Counted from the first letter of the stretch, positions 10,160 to 21,512 are shown. The stretch is DNA of 64,000 nucleotides from Leptospiraceae bacterium (GCA_040217195.1 JAVJNR010000002.1:192001-256000); one strand, 5' to 3'. The notes: generated by a model not told the origin, from the sequence alone. Numbers and translations are program-made.

Positions 10160-11092
10160 TCAGCGAATACCGGTTCTTGCGATTTCCGATGAATGATCGA
10201 ATGGATTCTCAAATCCCGGGGAAACCGGCTGCTGGCTCTCCGATTCCGCAGCGCTGGAAAAAGATTGGGAGAAATCTTCGCTGGAGCCGGGGGCAGAAGG
10301 GATCGGATTTCCAACGCTATCGGAACCGGGGCTGGAAGACTCCGAGCCTTGAAATTCGGATCCCATAGCGTCTGGATCTTCAGCAGGGTCCGGTTCCCAG
10401 TAATGAATGGATTCTCTGACTGCAGGTGCCAGTACCAGGTAGGCCCCGAATAGGATGGCAGTAGTCCAGGCAAGGGAGATGCCCACAGCGGTAATTCCCA
10501 CAGATCCATGCTCCAATGCTCCGGAGCCCAGGTAGGAAGCCAGAATTGCAGCATCGGTGCTATCCACATCCCGGGTAAAATCAAACAGGTCGAACAGGCT
10601 ATAGAATAGAAAGAAGACCCCGATCGCTGTTAATGCACCTCGGGCTGGCCTTTGACCCAGGGCAGAAATGACCAGAAACGCCAGGCCATAACCGGTTCCA
10701 GTATAGAAAGCGGTTTCCAGAGGCGATGTGAAAAGCCAGGAGAAATAGATTAGCAGGACCGAAAAAACAATCAGAGTGACCCGCTCCAATCGCCCGACCA
10801 GGGATTGTCTCAACAGCAACGCTCCGGTAAGGGCGCAACCGATGTAGCCTGCTGAAACTGCCAGCACAAACCCGAGATTTGAAAAGTCTCCAGTTACCAG
10901 GGTTTTGCCCGATTCGTTCCAATGCACCTCAATGGAATCCAGCCTGACCCCTGCGGCCAGAGAAAGAAATCCATGCCACATTTCATGAACCAGTACAACA
11001 AGTAGCTTGACCGGGCGTAACAGGCTGGAATCCCAGAAGAGGGTCAATGCAAGGCCGATGGCCACCATTAATAGGAATCTCTTGCCAGCCAC
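10160..11092 (-). CDS. M50B-like membrane metallopeptidase with acidic C-terminal tail
   Basis: HEMWH zinc motif, SAGY, STDA; several TM helices; start uncertain (11128, GTG 11092 or 11068). Confidence 0.82.
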   Translation of the reverse strand: MAGKRFLLMVAIGLALTLFWDSSLLRPVKLLVVLVHEMWHGFLSLAAGVRLDSIEVHWNESGKTLVTGDFSNLGFVLAVSAGYIGCALTGALLLRQSLVGRLERVTLIVFSVLLIYFSWLFTSPLETAFYTGTGYGLAFLVISALGQRPARGALTAIGVFFLFYSLFDLFDFTRDVDSTDAAILASYLGSGALEHGSVGITAVGISLAWTTAILFGAYLVLAPAVRESIHYWEPDPAEDPDAMGSEFQGSESSSPGSDSVGNPIPSAPGSSEDFSQSFSSAAESESQQPVSPGFENPFDHSSEIARTGIR

Positions 11093-11113
11093 GTACCGAT
11101 TATCGGCAAAACC

Positions 11114-13045
11114 ATGATACATATCCAAAACGGAAAGGTCTTCAATTCTGAATTCCAGGATATCTATTTTAGTCAGGAAGATGGGGAGTCTGAATCGGAT
11201 TATGTCTTTCTAAAAGGTAACCATCTGGAGCAACGCTTCCAGGCCTTGCAGAGCTACGAAAGTTTTTCGGTGGGAGAACTGGGCTTTGGCACTGGCTTGA
11301 ATTTTCTGTTAACCAGGAGACTGTTTCTCAAGGAAGCTCATCCATCCACCAGATTGGAGTACATTTCTTTTGAGATCGATTTGCCTTCGCCACCGTTGTG
11401 CCGAAAAAGTAACTCTCTTTTTCCCTCACTCAAGAATGACGCTATCTTGCTACGTCGAAAGCTACGCGGAGTACTCCAGCGAAATACCGGAACTCATACA
11501 ATCCTTTTCGATTCAGGCAGAATTAAATTAACTCTGTTTCTTGGGGATGTTCGAACAGAAATCTTCCGAATGCAGGGAAACTGCCATGCCTGGTATCTGG
11601 ATGGTTTCGCGCCTTCAAAGAATCCCCAGATGTGGCAGGTTTCAATATTTCGGGAGCTTGCGAATCGGAGTCATCCGGGGGCTACATTTTCAAGTTTTTC
11701 AGCTGCCGGTGGTGTAAGACAATCGCTAAAAGAAAGTGGCTTTGAAGTAGAGAGAATACCCGGCTTTGGTCGCAAGAAGCATATGATTCGTGGTCAACTC
11801 TTTTCGCGCCACTTGCAGCCTGAGGCATCTCATCCCGGAGTCTCCATTGTTGGTGGTGGATTGGCCGGTCTGGCCACAGCATATGCTCTTACGCGAAGAG
11901 GAGTCCATGTAACTCTCTATGAGGCCAATGATATAGCCAGCGGTGCATCGGGAAATATGGCTGGAATGGCGACGGCTGGACTTACAGCGGAGCCCACCAA
12001 CTTAAGTCTGCTTGGTATTCGAGCTCAGAGCCTGTTTATTTCATGGTTAATGGATCAGCAAGGTGATTGGAAGCGATTGGGTCTTGTGCGAAAACGAGAC
12101 GATGTGAGTCGCTACAGCAGAGCTCGGGAAACTCATAAGCTGATGAATGTATATCAAAGTTCCCGGCGAAGGGAAGCATTGGTGGGATGGGCCGCCGCCG
12201 TTAACCCTGAAAAACTCTGTCAATTCTATCTGCAGAAATGCCTTAACTCCGGACTATTTGAATTGCACAACGCAGTGAGAATCGATGCGCAACAGATTCA
12301 ACAGGATGCTTCAAATCCGGACAAAGACCAGGGCACTGTTTGGATTCTATGTAATGCCAACGAATTAAGTGAATTTCCTCAGACACGGTTCATTGTCCAT
12401 TCTCCGGTAAGGGGACAGGTCCTCCATATACCTCTGACCGGCACAGGACTCAGGTTTCCGGTGACCAATCAGATCTATGTGGTTCCCAATCCCTTGAATG
12501 CGGCCACCGGTGTGCTCGGCGCTACTTTCGACATGCATCTTTCGGATTCGCAACGGTTGCCGCAGAGAGATGATTATTTGCTGAAAGAGATGCAGCAACG
12601 TCTGGGCGAAATCTGGAATAGTCTAAGCGAAGAGTCCAAAAGAAGTTTATTGGCCGGACACTCAGAAGGGCGGGTTGGATTTCGCTGTCAGGCCCGAGAC
12701 TATGTCCCGGTCTGTGGCTCTCTACCAGATCCGGGTGAATTCTTGAAAAGGCATGATCGGCACTATACTTTGCCAGTAAGCACAAGAAAAAATCATTTGC
12801 ATCAGTGGAGTCGGGAGCTGATTCGAAATCCAGGTCTATACGTTAATGCCTGCCATGGCAGTCGCGGAATAACCTCAACGTTTCTTTGCGCAGAGATAAT
12901 CGCATCTGAAATCTGTGGCGAAACAGCACCTGTGGAGACTGATCTGCTTTTTGCTTTAGATCCTGCAAGGTTTCTATGGAAGGTGGTAAGCCAACCACCA
13001 GACAAACGGCCAGATTGGGCCAGGGCTGGAAAGCATTGGCAATGA
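11114..13045 (+). CDS. mnmC: Bifunctional tRNA mnm5s2U34 methyltransferase/FAD-dependent oxidoreductase
   Basis: FQDIYFS, ELGFGTGLNF, WYLDGFAPSKNP, PGFGRKKHM, VGGGLAG, GASGN, HGSRG. Confidence 0.96.
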   Translation: MIHIQNGKVFNSEFQDIYFSQEDGESESDYVFLKGNHLEQRFQALQSYESFSVGELGFGTGLNFLLTRRLFLKEAHPSTRLEYISFEIDLPSPPLCRKSNSLFPSLKNDAILLRRKLRGVLQRNTGTHTILFDSGRIKLTLFLGDVRTEIFRMQGNCHAWYLDGFAPSKNPQMWQVSIFRELANRSHPGATFSSFSAAGGVRQSLKESGFEVERIPGFGRKKHMIRGQLFSRHLQPEASHPGVSIVGGGLAGLATAYALTRRGVHVTLYEANDIASGASGNMAGMATAGLTAEPTNLSLLGIRAQSLFISWLMDQQGDWKRLGLVRKRDDVSRYSRARETHKLMNVYQSSRRREALVGWAAAVNPEKLCQFYLQKCLNSGLFELHNAVRIDAQQIQQDASNPDKDQGTVWILCNANELSEFPQTRFIVHSPVRGQVLHIPLTGTGLRFPVTNQIYVVPNPLNAATGVLGATFDMHLSDSQRLPQRDDYLLKEMQQRLGEIWNSLSEESKRSLLAGHSEGRVGFRCQARDYVPVCGSLPDPGEFLKRHDRHYTLPVSTRKNHLHQWSRELIRNPGLYVNACHGSRGITSTFLCAEIIASEICGETAPVETDLLFALDPARFLWKVVSQPPDKRPDWARAGKHWQ

Positions 13046-13234
13046 TCGCAGATAGACAAACAATGATTCAGGATGCCGGCTGCCCGGAAGCCCTGTATGC
13101 GTTTCACGTTGTATCTAGAAATGGGATTTCGAGCGGCTCCAGGCCACACACAGACCAGGGTGCAATGGCGAATACATCCGAGTAACTATCAGATAGGCCG
13201 GGTTTTCTAATTCACCAGCGGTCCACGGCCTGGC

Positions 13235-14314
13235 TTATTCCGGAAGTCTGTATTTACCAATCATAGGGAGATGATCGCTGATATGCTGAGTATCAGTCTG
13301 TCGCACTGAGTAACTGGACTGGGAAAGATCGCTGGAGTAGAAGATATAGTCAATGGTTCGATCGGGACCTTTAATAGTATGGCTATTGGGAAAATGAGTA
13401 TAATACTTTGCCTGATTCGGCCCGTTTAAGGTGTCCACATCCACGCTTGAGTTAAATTCAGAGAACAAGGTCTGAATCTCGCTTTCTTCCTGATAAAAAA
13501 CCTGATCCCGGGGGTCTAACTGAGACCGTTGCCATTCGGGGGGTAGCAGATTGAAGTCTCCAGAAATTAGCCAATCATTACCTTCTGCGTTCAGTGAAAG
13601 CAATAGATCTCTTACTTCATTGACCTGCCTTTCCATTGTGTCCGTTCCCTGGGCAAATGCATCCAGGTGGGTATTCATTACAACCAGAGGTTGGCGGTCC
13701 GTCACCGGTAGTGACACTTCCAGTATGGCTCGCTTTAAATAGAACTGCTGCGAGACAATGTCCATGGGAACCAAAGACAATTGATGTCTTCGCGCGGTTT
13801 CCATCTTATATCGGCTGATGGTAAGCAATTTCATGCCTACTGATCCCATGACGTTAGGATCGGGCACAAAGTCGGCCTTCCAGTAATAGGCACTTGTATA
13901 GCATGGGTACTCCGGGCCAAGACCCTTTACGATCTCGGTCACCTGGTCCATATAGTCCGTGGCCTTCGCATCCACATGAACTTCTTGTAGCAGCAGGATG
14001 TCTGGCCTTTCCTCTCGAACGACCTTGAGGAATTCGCCGAGTGTTTTTTTGACTTCTTCAGCTGCGGGCTCCAGGTCCATTCCAGAGCCATCGGAAACGT
14101 CGTACCAGAATACATAACTTTTGCCGGCCAGATACTGGATGTTCCAGTTCATCACCTTGATCTCCTGGCCCGGCTGTAGTTCCGGAGCGTCGGCGGGACA
14201 TTGGATTTCCATCTCTTCAACTGGACCTGGGTGGTAAGTAATTAGATTCACTGTGAGAAAAAGTATTCCGAGCAGTCCAGCGAGGGTAAATCCGGTAATC
14301 TTAAGGGCTTTCAT
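13235..14314 (-). CDS. Endonuclease/exonuclease/phosphatase family protein, membrane anchored
   Basis: NWNI, LLQEV, NTHL, GDFN, IDYIF, SDHLP. Confidence 0.9.
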   Translation of the reverse strand: MKALKITGFTLAGLLGILFLTVNLITYHPGPVEEMEIQCPADAPELQPGQEIKVMNWNIQYLAGKSYVFWYDVSDGSGMDLEPAAEEVKKTLGEFLKVVREERPDILLLQEVHVDAKATDYMDQVTEIVKGLGPEYPCYTSAYYWKADFVPDPNVMGSVGMKLLTISRYKMETARRHQLSLVPMDIVSQQFYLKRAILEVSLPVTDRQPLVVMNTHLDAFAQGTDTMERQVNEVRDLLLSLNAEGNDWLISGDFNLLPPEWQRSQLDPRDQVFYQEESEIQTLFSEFNSSVDVDTLNGPNQAKYYTHFPNSHTIKGPDRTIDYIFYSSDLSQSSYSVRQTDTQHISDHLPMIGKYRLPE

Positions 14315-14419
14315 GAGCCCCGCAGATTGCAGGGCTGCCGGCCAGTATCAAGTGTTTTTCGCATAGCCAGATCCGCTGTTTGCATTGCCTTTTGAGGGAA
14401 CTTCGAATCTATTTCGGCT

Positions 14420-15421
14420 TCAGGATTCATTTCTTGCTCCATTCATCCCTGGAACAGAAGAGGCTGCAATCAACCGAACCAGGGTTTCATTTACAGGAGC
14501 ATCCAGACCATGCATCTTGCTTCGCTGCACCAGATATCCATTCAAAGCTTGAATTTCCGTCTTCCGTCCTCGATTTAAATCAGCCAGCATACTGGGTTCA
14601 TGCTCGGCTGTAGCAGGAATCAATGTGTTTAATAGATGCTGAAAATATTCGTCTGGCGAAGACCAGAATAAGGATACGTTCTCTGCCCTGGCCAGTGCAA
14701 ATGCTTCTATCAGGATTTGTCGCATAATTTGCAGGGTTGGCTCCAATCGCAGTTTGCCGTAAGCGACCTTCAACAGCGCCCCCAGAGGATTCAAGCAGCA
14801 GTTATAAAGAAACTTCGCCCAGAGAAAGGAAAGCATGGTCTCTGTGTATTCGAATACTAGTGGTGTCTCGGAAAGCAAGTCTACCAGCTCCCTGGCGGCG
14901 GATTCCGATTCGCTGGAAGGCCCTTTGTCCGCAAGCGATCCAATCTTGCCCGGTCCGCCGTAAACTGTGATCGCCACCCGTCCATCCTCTACGACGTCAT
15001 AGCCTGTTATGGTCATTCCGCTCAGTATTATTGGTCTTTTTCCGGAAGCTTGCCTGGAAATTACGTCCTTAATGCATTCAAAATTACCCAGACCATTTTG
15101 AATATGCACGTACCGGGGCAAAGAGGGATCTGGCAGAGTCTTTACAAGCTGGCGAATCGCGTCTTCAGTGGCCGTTGACTTTACCGTAATCAGTACCCAG
15201 TCCAGCGGATGCTTTATGAATTCCCGGGATTCTAATTCAAAATCGTGACAGGCCTGTGGCTTATGGAAGCTGTTGCCAAGAATTCCTTCTATCCGCAGCC
15301 CCCGGGTTTGAATGGCATCAATGTGGCTACCTCTGCCAACCAGGAGAACCTCATGATGCTGCGATAGAAATCCACCTATGGCACTTCCTACGGCGCCGGC
15401 ACCCATCACCAGGATTCTCAT
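14420..15421 (-). CDS. panE: Ketopantoate (2-dehydropantoate) reductase
   Basis: MGAGAVG, TVKS, QNGLG, WAKFLYNC, SMLAD, TEIQALNG. Confidence 0.9.
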   Translation of the reverse strand: MRILVMGAGAVGSAIGGFLSQHHEVLLVGRGSHIDAIQTRGLRIEGILGNSFHKPQACHDFELESREFIKHPLDWVLITVKSTATEDAIRQLVKTLPDPSLPRYVHIQNGLGNFECIKDVISRQASGKRPIILSGMTITGYDVVEDGRVAITVYGGPGKIGSLADKGPSSESESAARELVDLLSETPLVFEYTETMLSFLWAKFLYNCCLNPLGALLKVAYGKLRLEPTLQIMRQILIEAFALARAENVSLFWSSPDEYFQHLLNTLIPATAEHEPSMLADLNRGRKTEIQALNGYLVQRSKMHGLDAPVNETLVRLIAASSVPGMNGARNES

Positions 15422-16308
15422 TTCTCTCTGTGAAACTCCATTACAAGCCAGCCATCATCGCTTAATTCGCTTTTCAGTTTCCAGGTCGGAAATGCATCCA
15501 GAAAGTCCTGTTTCTGTTCTTCAATGATTCCAGATACTACCAGACGATTACCAGGTAACCGGGAAACTACATCCCGGGCAGATAGAAAAACATTCAGGGT
15601 AATATTGGCCAGGGTAATGTCTGCATTAAAATCAAAGATCTCTTTCAGTTCGAATCCTGCCTTTTGCACCGACACTGCACCTTGATCCGGGAAGTTTAGT
15701 GCCAGATTCGATTTTGTGGCATGAACGGCATTTCCATCCACATCAAAGGCAAGTACTTGCCCGGCTCCTACGCGAAGAGCAGCGATAGTTAAGATGCCGG
15801 AGCCGCATCCAGCATCCAGTACTTTAAGGCCTTCCAGAGGATTCTCTTCCATCCATCGGACCATCATGCGACTGGTTGCATGCAAACCTGTGCCAAAAGC
15901 CAGGCCCGGATCAAGATAAATTCTTTTTCGCTCTCCAAAGCGGGCATCATCTTCGGAATCTTTGAACCAGGATGGAACTACTGCAAAGTTTTCGCCGACT
16001 ACAAAAGGACGATAATGCTGCTTGTAAGCTTCCTGGTAGTCCGACTGTTCAATTGTGTTTTCTTCCAGATGATAGTTTTCGATTCCGTATGCAAGAAGAA
16101 TGAGTTCCAGCTCCCATCTACCTTCCTCGAAATCTCCCGGGAAATAAAGAACCAGAGTGGTTTCATCGCTGGCCGGGCGATTCTCTTCATAGAGAATCTC
16201 ATAATACCCGGAAAGATCCGGAATCAAGTTCTGATCCAGCAATGCAGTTAAATCCTGGGCTGCATCCTGGCTTAGATGTAAATGTATTTCGTGGTACGAA
16301 GAACTCAA
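15418..16308 (-). CDS. prmA: Ribosomal protein L11 methyltransferase
   Basis: VVPSW, DPGLAFGTGLHATS, LDAGCGSGIL. Confidence 0.93.
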   Translation of the reverse strand: MSSSYHEIHLHLSQDAAQDLTALLDQNLIPDLSGYYEILYEENRPASDETTLVLYFPGDFEEGRWELELILLAYGIENYHLEENTIEQSDYQEAYKQHYRPFVVGENFAVVPSWFKDSEDDARFGERKRIYLDPGLAFGTGLHATSRMMVRWMEENPLEGLKVLDAGCGSGILTIAALRVGAGQVLAFDVDGNAVHATKSNLALNFPDQGAVSVQKAGFELKEIFDFNADITLANITLNVFLSARDVVSRLPGNRLVVSGIIEEQKQDFLDAFPTWKLKSELSDDGWLVMEFHREK

Positions 16309-18134
16309 GAGGGCAGGGCTCCGAAGGATTTTTCATAATCCTCGGCATTCATCTCAATGACACCACCATACAGATCTCCTGACTCTAACCTATGCGCAAG
16401 AGCTTTTGCAAAGCAACTGGTTTCCATGAGCGCTTCTTTCACTTTCTTGCCATCCAGACGCATTCCTTCATTGGGCTTCAAATCGAAATGCAGGTCTTCT
16501 TCCGGATTGGATAGAGTGGAACCTCCGGCACGAAAATCCTCAATAATTTCGGTAAGGATAGTGTGAATTTCATCCATAAAATCCTTTATCTGGATTCTGG
16601 TTTGCCGTCCGCTCTGGCCTCGTCTTGAATCGTGAAAGGATACCTTTTTGGCATGTTCAACGTAATTACCAGCCTGGGCCGTTTCCTGGGCTGATTTGTG
16701 GAACTCCAGACATTCATGAATGTAGGCCTTGAAATAGTCATAAGGCTGACGAATTTTTTCCAGACAATCAGACATTCTTTCACGATAATCGATCTTTACG
16801 CCGCCGCGATAGGCTGTATGAAGCTTGATCTGCGGTGTGGTCAGTACAACACTGAATTCATCTTCGAATAGTCGAAGGAAAAGATAGGCGATAACCACTT
16901 TATCCTGATAGGGAACAGTTTTCCATTCTCCCTTTGGATCATAACGCTTGCGTAAATCCTCGAGCGGAAAAGAGTTCATTACTTGCATTCCATAATGCAA
17001 TTCTTTCTGTGCCTGGTCCCCGCCTTCTTCAGCGCCTGAATCAGCTTCCAGGGTCACCTCATCTGCGGTTTCTTCAACTTCATTTTCCCGCGCATCATCG
17101 GCTACCTCCGAGGTTGCTTTTTCCTCATCCGGTTTATCTTCCTCTGACGAAATCTGCGCTTCGCTACTCTTTTTCGATTGGCCGTCCTGAGTCTGGGAAG
17201 CAGCCGTGCCTGTTCCAGTAACTTTGCCCATCTTTTCGGATTCCACAACTCCAATCATGGTTTCAAATAGCCGAGTGCCCGGTTCTGCCTTCTTCATCTC
17301 TGCACGCTGGGCCAGTGCCACAAGAGCCGGGTATATCTGCTCCATCAAAGTACGCCAATCGGATCGAATCTTTTTCCTTTTTGCATCATATAAAGAGGAA
17401 GGTTTATTCTGTACTCTTTGTTGTGTACCAATGGCCAATTCGGTGGCCACCTGAAATGCTTCACTGTAAGGTCGCAAATAATATAGCTTTCGCAATAGTG
17501 CGAACAGGGAGGGGCGAATAGCATCCAGGGGTACGCTTCGATCCGGATAGTCCTGATAATCCGAAAGCATTTCTGAAAGCTCTTTTCGATCATATAACTT
17601 GGAGGCACGTTCCAGAACTTCCACATACAATGGGCCGCTGCGCGAAAGGTCTTTTCGCACTTCTTTGGACACAGCTGGCTCGGAAAACAGCAATTCATTT
17701 CCCAGGATATTACATTCCATTAAGGCTCGTTTGCCCTCAAGGTTTATGAGCGAAAAGAAGGATGGTTTAACCATGTCCTGGCCATAGGGAGTGAGCCCCA
17801 TAAACATGCATCTGAGCTTGATGCCCATGCGGGCAAAAAAACTCGTGGCTGCCTTTTCTTCAGATTCCAGCTCCTTTCGCAGTCTGGCCTGGGCTTCCAT
17901 TTCCTTTCGCCGGTTTTCGCGAGCGATTTCGGATGGTAATCGAGAACCCTCGCCGGAGCCTCCAGAACGCCCTCGAGATCTTTCCCGCTCGGGCTCTTCC
18001 TTTTTTACCGCTCGCTCTCCCAGAACCTGACCACCGGATCCTTTCAATTGATCCAGCATCTTCTTCCGATCTTGAGAGCCCAGGTTCTGAGCACCAATGG
18101 CTTTGCGAGTTCTATCGAACTCCATTTCATCCAT
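16305..18134 (-). CDS. Conserved hypothetical helical protein
   Basis: Long ORF whose stop overlaps the prmA start; ATG 18134 (MDEMEFDRTR) preferred over 18227. Confidence 0.75.
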   Translation of the reverse strand: MDEMEFDRTRKAIGAQNLGSQDRKKMLDQLKGSGGQVLGERAVKKEEPERERSRGRSGGSGEGSRLPSEIARENRRKEMEAQARLRKELESEEKAATSFFARMGIKLRCMFMGLTPYGQDMVKPSFFSLINLEGKRALMECNILGNELLFSEPAVSKEVRKDLSRSGPLYVEVLERASKLYDRKELSEMLSDYQDYPDRSVPLDAIRPSLFALLRKLYYLRPYSEAFQVATELAIGTQQRVQNKPSSLYDAKRKKIRSDWRTLMEQIYPALVALAQRAEMKKAEPGTRLFETMIGVVESEKMGKVTGTGTAASQTQDGQSKKSSEAQISSEEDKPDEEKATSEVADDARENEVEETADEVTLEADSGAEEGGDQAQKELHYGMQVMNSFPLEDLRKRYDPKGEWKTVPYQDKVVIAYLFLRLFEDEFSVVLTTPQIKLHTAYRGGVKIDYRERMSDCLEKIRQPYDYFKAYIHECLEFHKSAQETAQAGNYVEHAKKVSFHDSRRGQSGRQTRIQIKDFMDEIHTILTEIIEDFRAGGSTLSNPEEDLHFDLKPNEGMRLDGKKVKEALMETSCFAKALAHRLESGDLYGGVIEMNAEDYEKSFGALPS

Positions 18135-18215
18135 GGCTCTTATACCTGTGGAATCAATGTACCAATCAATCAAAAAAAAGTGGCTGGAATCCCTTTGTCT
18201 CAACGGATGGCATTC

Positions 18216-18581
18216 ATGGTGCAGCAAGAAAGCCTCACTCTGGAAGACCTGAATAATGCCTGCAGTTCAGGATGGGATACGGTCTGTGGAGTAGTACTCT
18301 TTGGTTCCAGAGCCCGGAATGAGGCAGCGCCGGGCGCAGACTGGGACATTGGTATCGTCTATGCGAATGATGCAGAGGAGCCGGAGTTTGAGATTTCTGC
18401 GGACTGGGATTTGTTTCTATGGAATGAAAGCCGCTGGGAAGATGGTTTCGCACTTCAGGTGGAAATAGCCAGGGATGGGGTCATTCTACTGGATCCAGAA
18501 GGAAAGCTTGCCGAGAGATTTGAAAAGATTCGGGAATACATTTTACCGCACTGGGCTGGTTATCTAAAAAAGATGGGCTAG
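18216..18581 (+). CDS. Minimal nucleotidyltransferase (MNT/Pol-beta family) domain protein
   Basis: VVLFGSRAR..ADWDIGI and EIARDGVILLD; start 18207 or 18216 rather than 18048. Confidence 0.85.
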   Translation: MVQQESLTLEDLNNACSSGWDTVCGVVLFGSRARNEAAPGADWDIGIVYANDAEEPEFEISADWDLFLWNESRWEDGFALQVEIARDGVILLDPEGKLAERFEKIREYILPHWAGYLKKMG

Positions 18582-18710
18582 TTCAAAGGCTCTTACCAGG
18601 AAGCCTCCGGTGGAAATGCCATTTTTTCTTATCAACCAATCCAGAAAGACCGGACTTGTCTAGGCCCATCGGCTCAAATCTTTTGCAAAAAGGTCCTCCA
18701 GAGGCTAGAT

Positions 18711-20888
18711 TTATTCCTCGGCAGGCCTCTTCGTAGCTTTCTTTTTGGTGCCGGATTTCTTTTTCGCTGAGGTTTGTTTCCTGGAAGCACTCTTCTTACC
18801 GCTTTTGGCTCCGGTTGAATTCCCACTTCCTTTTCCTGAAGAGCGGCTCTGTCCAGCGGTGCTAAAAGGCAATACCCTGGTTTCGAATTTCTCCAGAGCA
18901 GCCCCGGATTCCAGTAATTGCATCGCATCGCGTAGCATAGCCGCTTTTTCGAATTCCATATTCCGGGCAGCTGAAAGCATCTCTTCTTTTAGATGGGCCA
19001 CCTTTTCGCGGCGGGGCATCTGCGGATCCAGAACGATTGTTTCTTTTAACGTGGCCAGAACGTCATCTTCTGTGGTGTCTTCTTCATGGCTTCTTTTGAT
19101 AATATCCTGGATTTCTTTTCGAATTGTCTGAGGCGTAATCCCCATTCTGGTATTGTATTCTTCCTGAATGGCCCGGCGACGAAGGGTTTCATCCATGGCT
19201 GCTTTCATGGAAGGAGTGATAGAATCTGCATATAGAATTGCCTTTCCTTCAACGTTTCGCGCGGCTCGCCCCATGGTCTGAATCAAGGATCGTGTATTTC
19301 TTAGAAAGCCTTCTCGGTCCGCATCCAGAATAGCCACAAGAGATACTTCAGGCATATCCAGTCCTTCCCTCAGCAGGTTAACTCCTACCAGAACCTGGTA
19401 TTTGCCTTTTCGAAGGTCTCGAATGATTTCCACTCTTTCTATTGTATGGATTTCCGAGTGAAGATAAGCCACATCAATCCCAACCTCTCGGATGTAATCG
19501 GATAGGTCTTCCGCCATCTTCTTGGTCAGTGTGGTAACCAGGGTTCTTTGATCATTTTCTATGCGCTTTCTGATCTCCTGAACCAGGTCTTCAATCTGAC
19601 CCTTTACAGGCCGAACATCGATGGTAGGATCCAGAAGCCCTGTGGGCCGGATAAGCTGCTCCACTCGCTTACTACTTCTGCCCAGCTCATAGTCTGCCGG
19701 AGTGGCGGAAACGTACATGACTTTACTTGCAATAGATTCAAACTCCTTAAAGTTCAAGGGTCTATTATCCAGTGCCGATGGAAGCCGAAAGCCAAAGTCC
19801 ACCAGAGTCTGTTTCCTTGACCGGTCCCCTTCGTACATGCCGCGGACCTGGGGCATGGTTACATGGCTTTCATCCATAATAATCCAGAAATCATCTGGAA
19901 AATAGTCCAGCAGGCAGGCAGGAGGTTCACCCGCTTCGCGACCGGTAAGATGACGGGAGTAGTTCTCAATTCCGTTGCAGTAACCCAGTTCTCTGAGCAT
20001 TTCCATATCATAGCGAGTACGTTGCTGAATTCGCTCTGCTTCCAGAGGCTTCCCTTCTTTCTGGAACCTGGCTACCTGCTCTTCCAGTTCCTTTTCAATC
20101 TTCTCCAGCGCTTCCTTTAACTTTGGCGGGGAGGTAATGAAGTGCTTGGCTGGATAGACTACGGCTCTTTCAAGGCTATCCAGTATTTTGCCTGTAAGCG
20201 GGTCGAAATAGCTCAGGTTGTCAATTTCATCGCCAAACCATTCTATGCGAATTCCTTCATTTCTATAGGCTGGAAATATTTCTACTGTATCGCCTCTTAC
20301 ACGAAAATTTCCGCGACTAAAATCCAGATCATTTCTCTGGTATTGAATGTGTAATAACTGTCGAATTACATCGTTTCGTTCAATGGTAAGCCCTCGATCC
20401 AGCATTACCAGGCTATGGCGATATTCCTCTGGCGAGCCCAGACCATAGATGCAGGATACGGAAGATACGATAATTACATCCTGGCGCTCTAAAAGAGAGG
20501 ACGTGGCCCTCAGTCTAAGCCGATCAATTTCATCGTTAATCGAAGAATCTTTTTCAATATATGTATCTGAGGAGGGAACGTAGGCTTCTGGCTGATAGTA
20601 ATCGTAGTAGGAAACAAAATACTCTACAGCATTTTCTGGAAAGAATTCACGAAACTCCCGGTATAGTTGTGCAGCCAGAGTCTTATTATGAGTCAGTACC
20701 AGCGTTGGCTTCTGCATGTTCTCTACGAAGCCAGCCATGGTGTATGTTTTACCGGATCCGGTTACTCCAACCAGACATAATTGTTCTTCTCCGCTATTGG
20801 CCGCTCCGGAGAGCTCACGGATGGCCCGGGGCTGATCGCCTGCCGCTTCATAATCGGATACCAGGCGGAACCTGCGATTCTCAGACAT
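18711..20888 (-). CDS. uvrB: Excinuclease ABC subunit B
   Basis: [35 protein letters not shown] domain. Confidence 0.99.
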   Translation of the reverse strand: MSENRRFRLVSDYEAAGDQPRAIRELSGAANSGEEQLCLVGVTGSGKTYTMAGFVENMQKPTLVLTHNKTLAAQLYREFREFFPENAVEYFVSYYDYYQPEAYVPSSDTYIEKDSSINDEIDRLRLRATSSLLERQDVIIVSSVSCIYGLGSPEEYRHSLVMLDRGLTIERNDVIRQLLHIQYQRNDLDFSRGNFRVRGDTVEIFPAYRNEGIRIEWFGDEIDNLSYFDPLTGKILDSLERAVVYPAKHFITSPPKLKEALEKIEKELEEQVARFQKEGKPLEAERIQQRTRYDMEMLRELGYCNGIENYSRHLTGREAGEPPACLLDYFPDDFWIIMDESHVTMPQVRGMYEGDRSRKQTLVDFGFRLPSALDNRPLNFKEFESIASKVMYVSATPADYELGRSSKRVEQLIRPTGLLDPTIDVRPVKGQIEDLVQEIRKRIENDQRTLVTTLTKKMAEDLSDYIREVGIDVAYLHSEIHTIERVEIIRDLRKGKYQVLVGVNLLREGLDMPEVSLVAILDADREGFLRNTRSLIQTMGRAARNVEGKAILYADSITPSMKAAMDETLRRRAIQEEYNTRMGITPQTIRKEIQDIIKRSHEEDTTEDDVLATLKETIVLDPQMPRREKVAHLKEEMLSAARNMEFEKAAMLRDAMQLLESGAALEKFETRVLPFSTAGQSRSSGKGSGNSTGAKSGKKSASRKQTSAKKKSGTKKKATKRPAEE

Positions 20889-21511
20889 TAGCTTACCTTT
20901 TTGCGTGCTGTAAAAATGGCCAGGTTCTCGGAATCTTTTATATCTATATCCAGTTCATCAAACAGCTTGGACATTACCATCATGCCCCGCATAAGAGTTA
21001 AGGAGCTGTTATATTTTCCGGCTTCAATATCGCGTTCGATTTGAACCTCTTTCAGGCCATTGCGTATTTCTATGCGAAACTCGCCATCTTCAATTGAGTA
21101 GTTGATTTCTATAGGATTCTGATCATTGTATTTAACTGCATTCTCCATCGCTTCCGTTGTGGCGATGGACATATCGACAATAAGTTCTTCAGGTAGCTCT
21201 TTGATGCGAAAGAAAGTCTCAAGTCTGGCTCGCACCATTTGAATGGGCGAATCTTTCAGAAACCCGGAAACGCGATACCTGGTAATCGGAGTCGCTTCGG
21301 TTATGGATGCAAGCACGAACTCTTCGGATATACTGTCATGATTTTTCAGTAGACCTTCTGATGTAAGAGTTTGCAGAGCGGAAAGAGTTTCTTCTTCAGT
21401 GGAGTCGATATTGTATTCGAAGCGAAGCCAGGATCTGAAATCCTTATGATTTCCCCAGCAACCAGATTGAATCAATTCACGTAATGCACTGATTACTGCC
21501 GGATTCGTCAT
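20888..21511 (-). CDS. RsbW/SpoIIAB-like ATP-binding protein (HATPase_c) with an extra N-terminal domain
   Basis: [15 protein letters not shown]-box, [12 protein letters not shown]; stop overlaps the uvrB start; start 21511 or 21547. Confidence 0.75.
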   Translation of the reverse strand: MTNPAVISALRELIQSGCWGNHKDFRSWLRFEYNIDSTEEETLSALQTLTSEGLLKNHDSISEEFVLASITEATPITRYRVSGFLKDSPIQMVRARLETFFRIKELPEELIVDMSIATTEAMENAVKYNDQNPIEINYSIEDGEFRIEIRNGLKEVQIERDIEAGKYNSSLTLMRGMMVMSKLFDELDIDIKDSENLAIFTARKKVS

Positions 21512-21512
21512 T

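Noticed and set aside
13046..13234. Gap between mnmC and the EEP gene
   Set aside because: No clear structure or credible ORF
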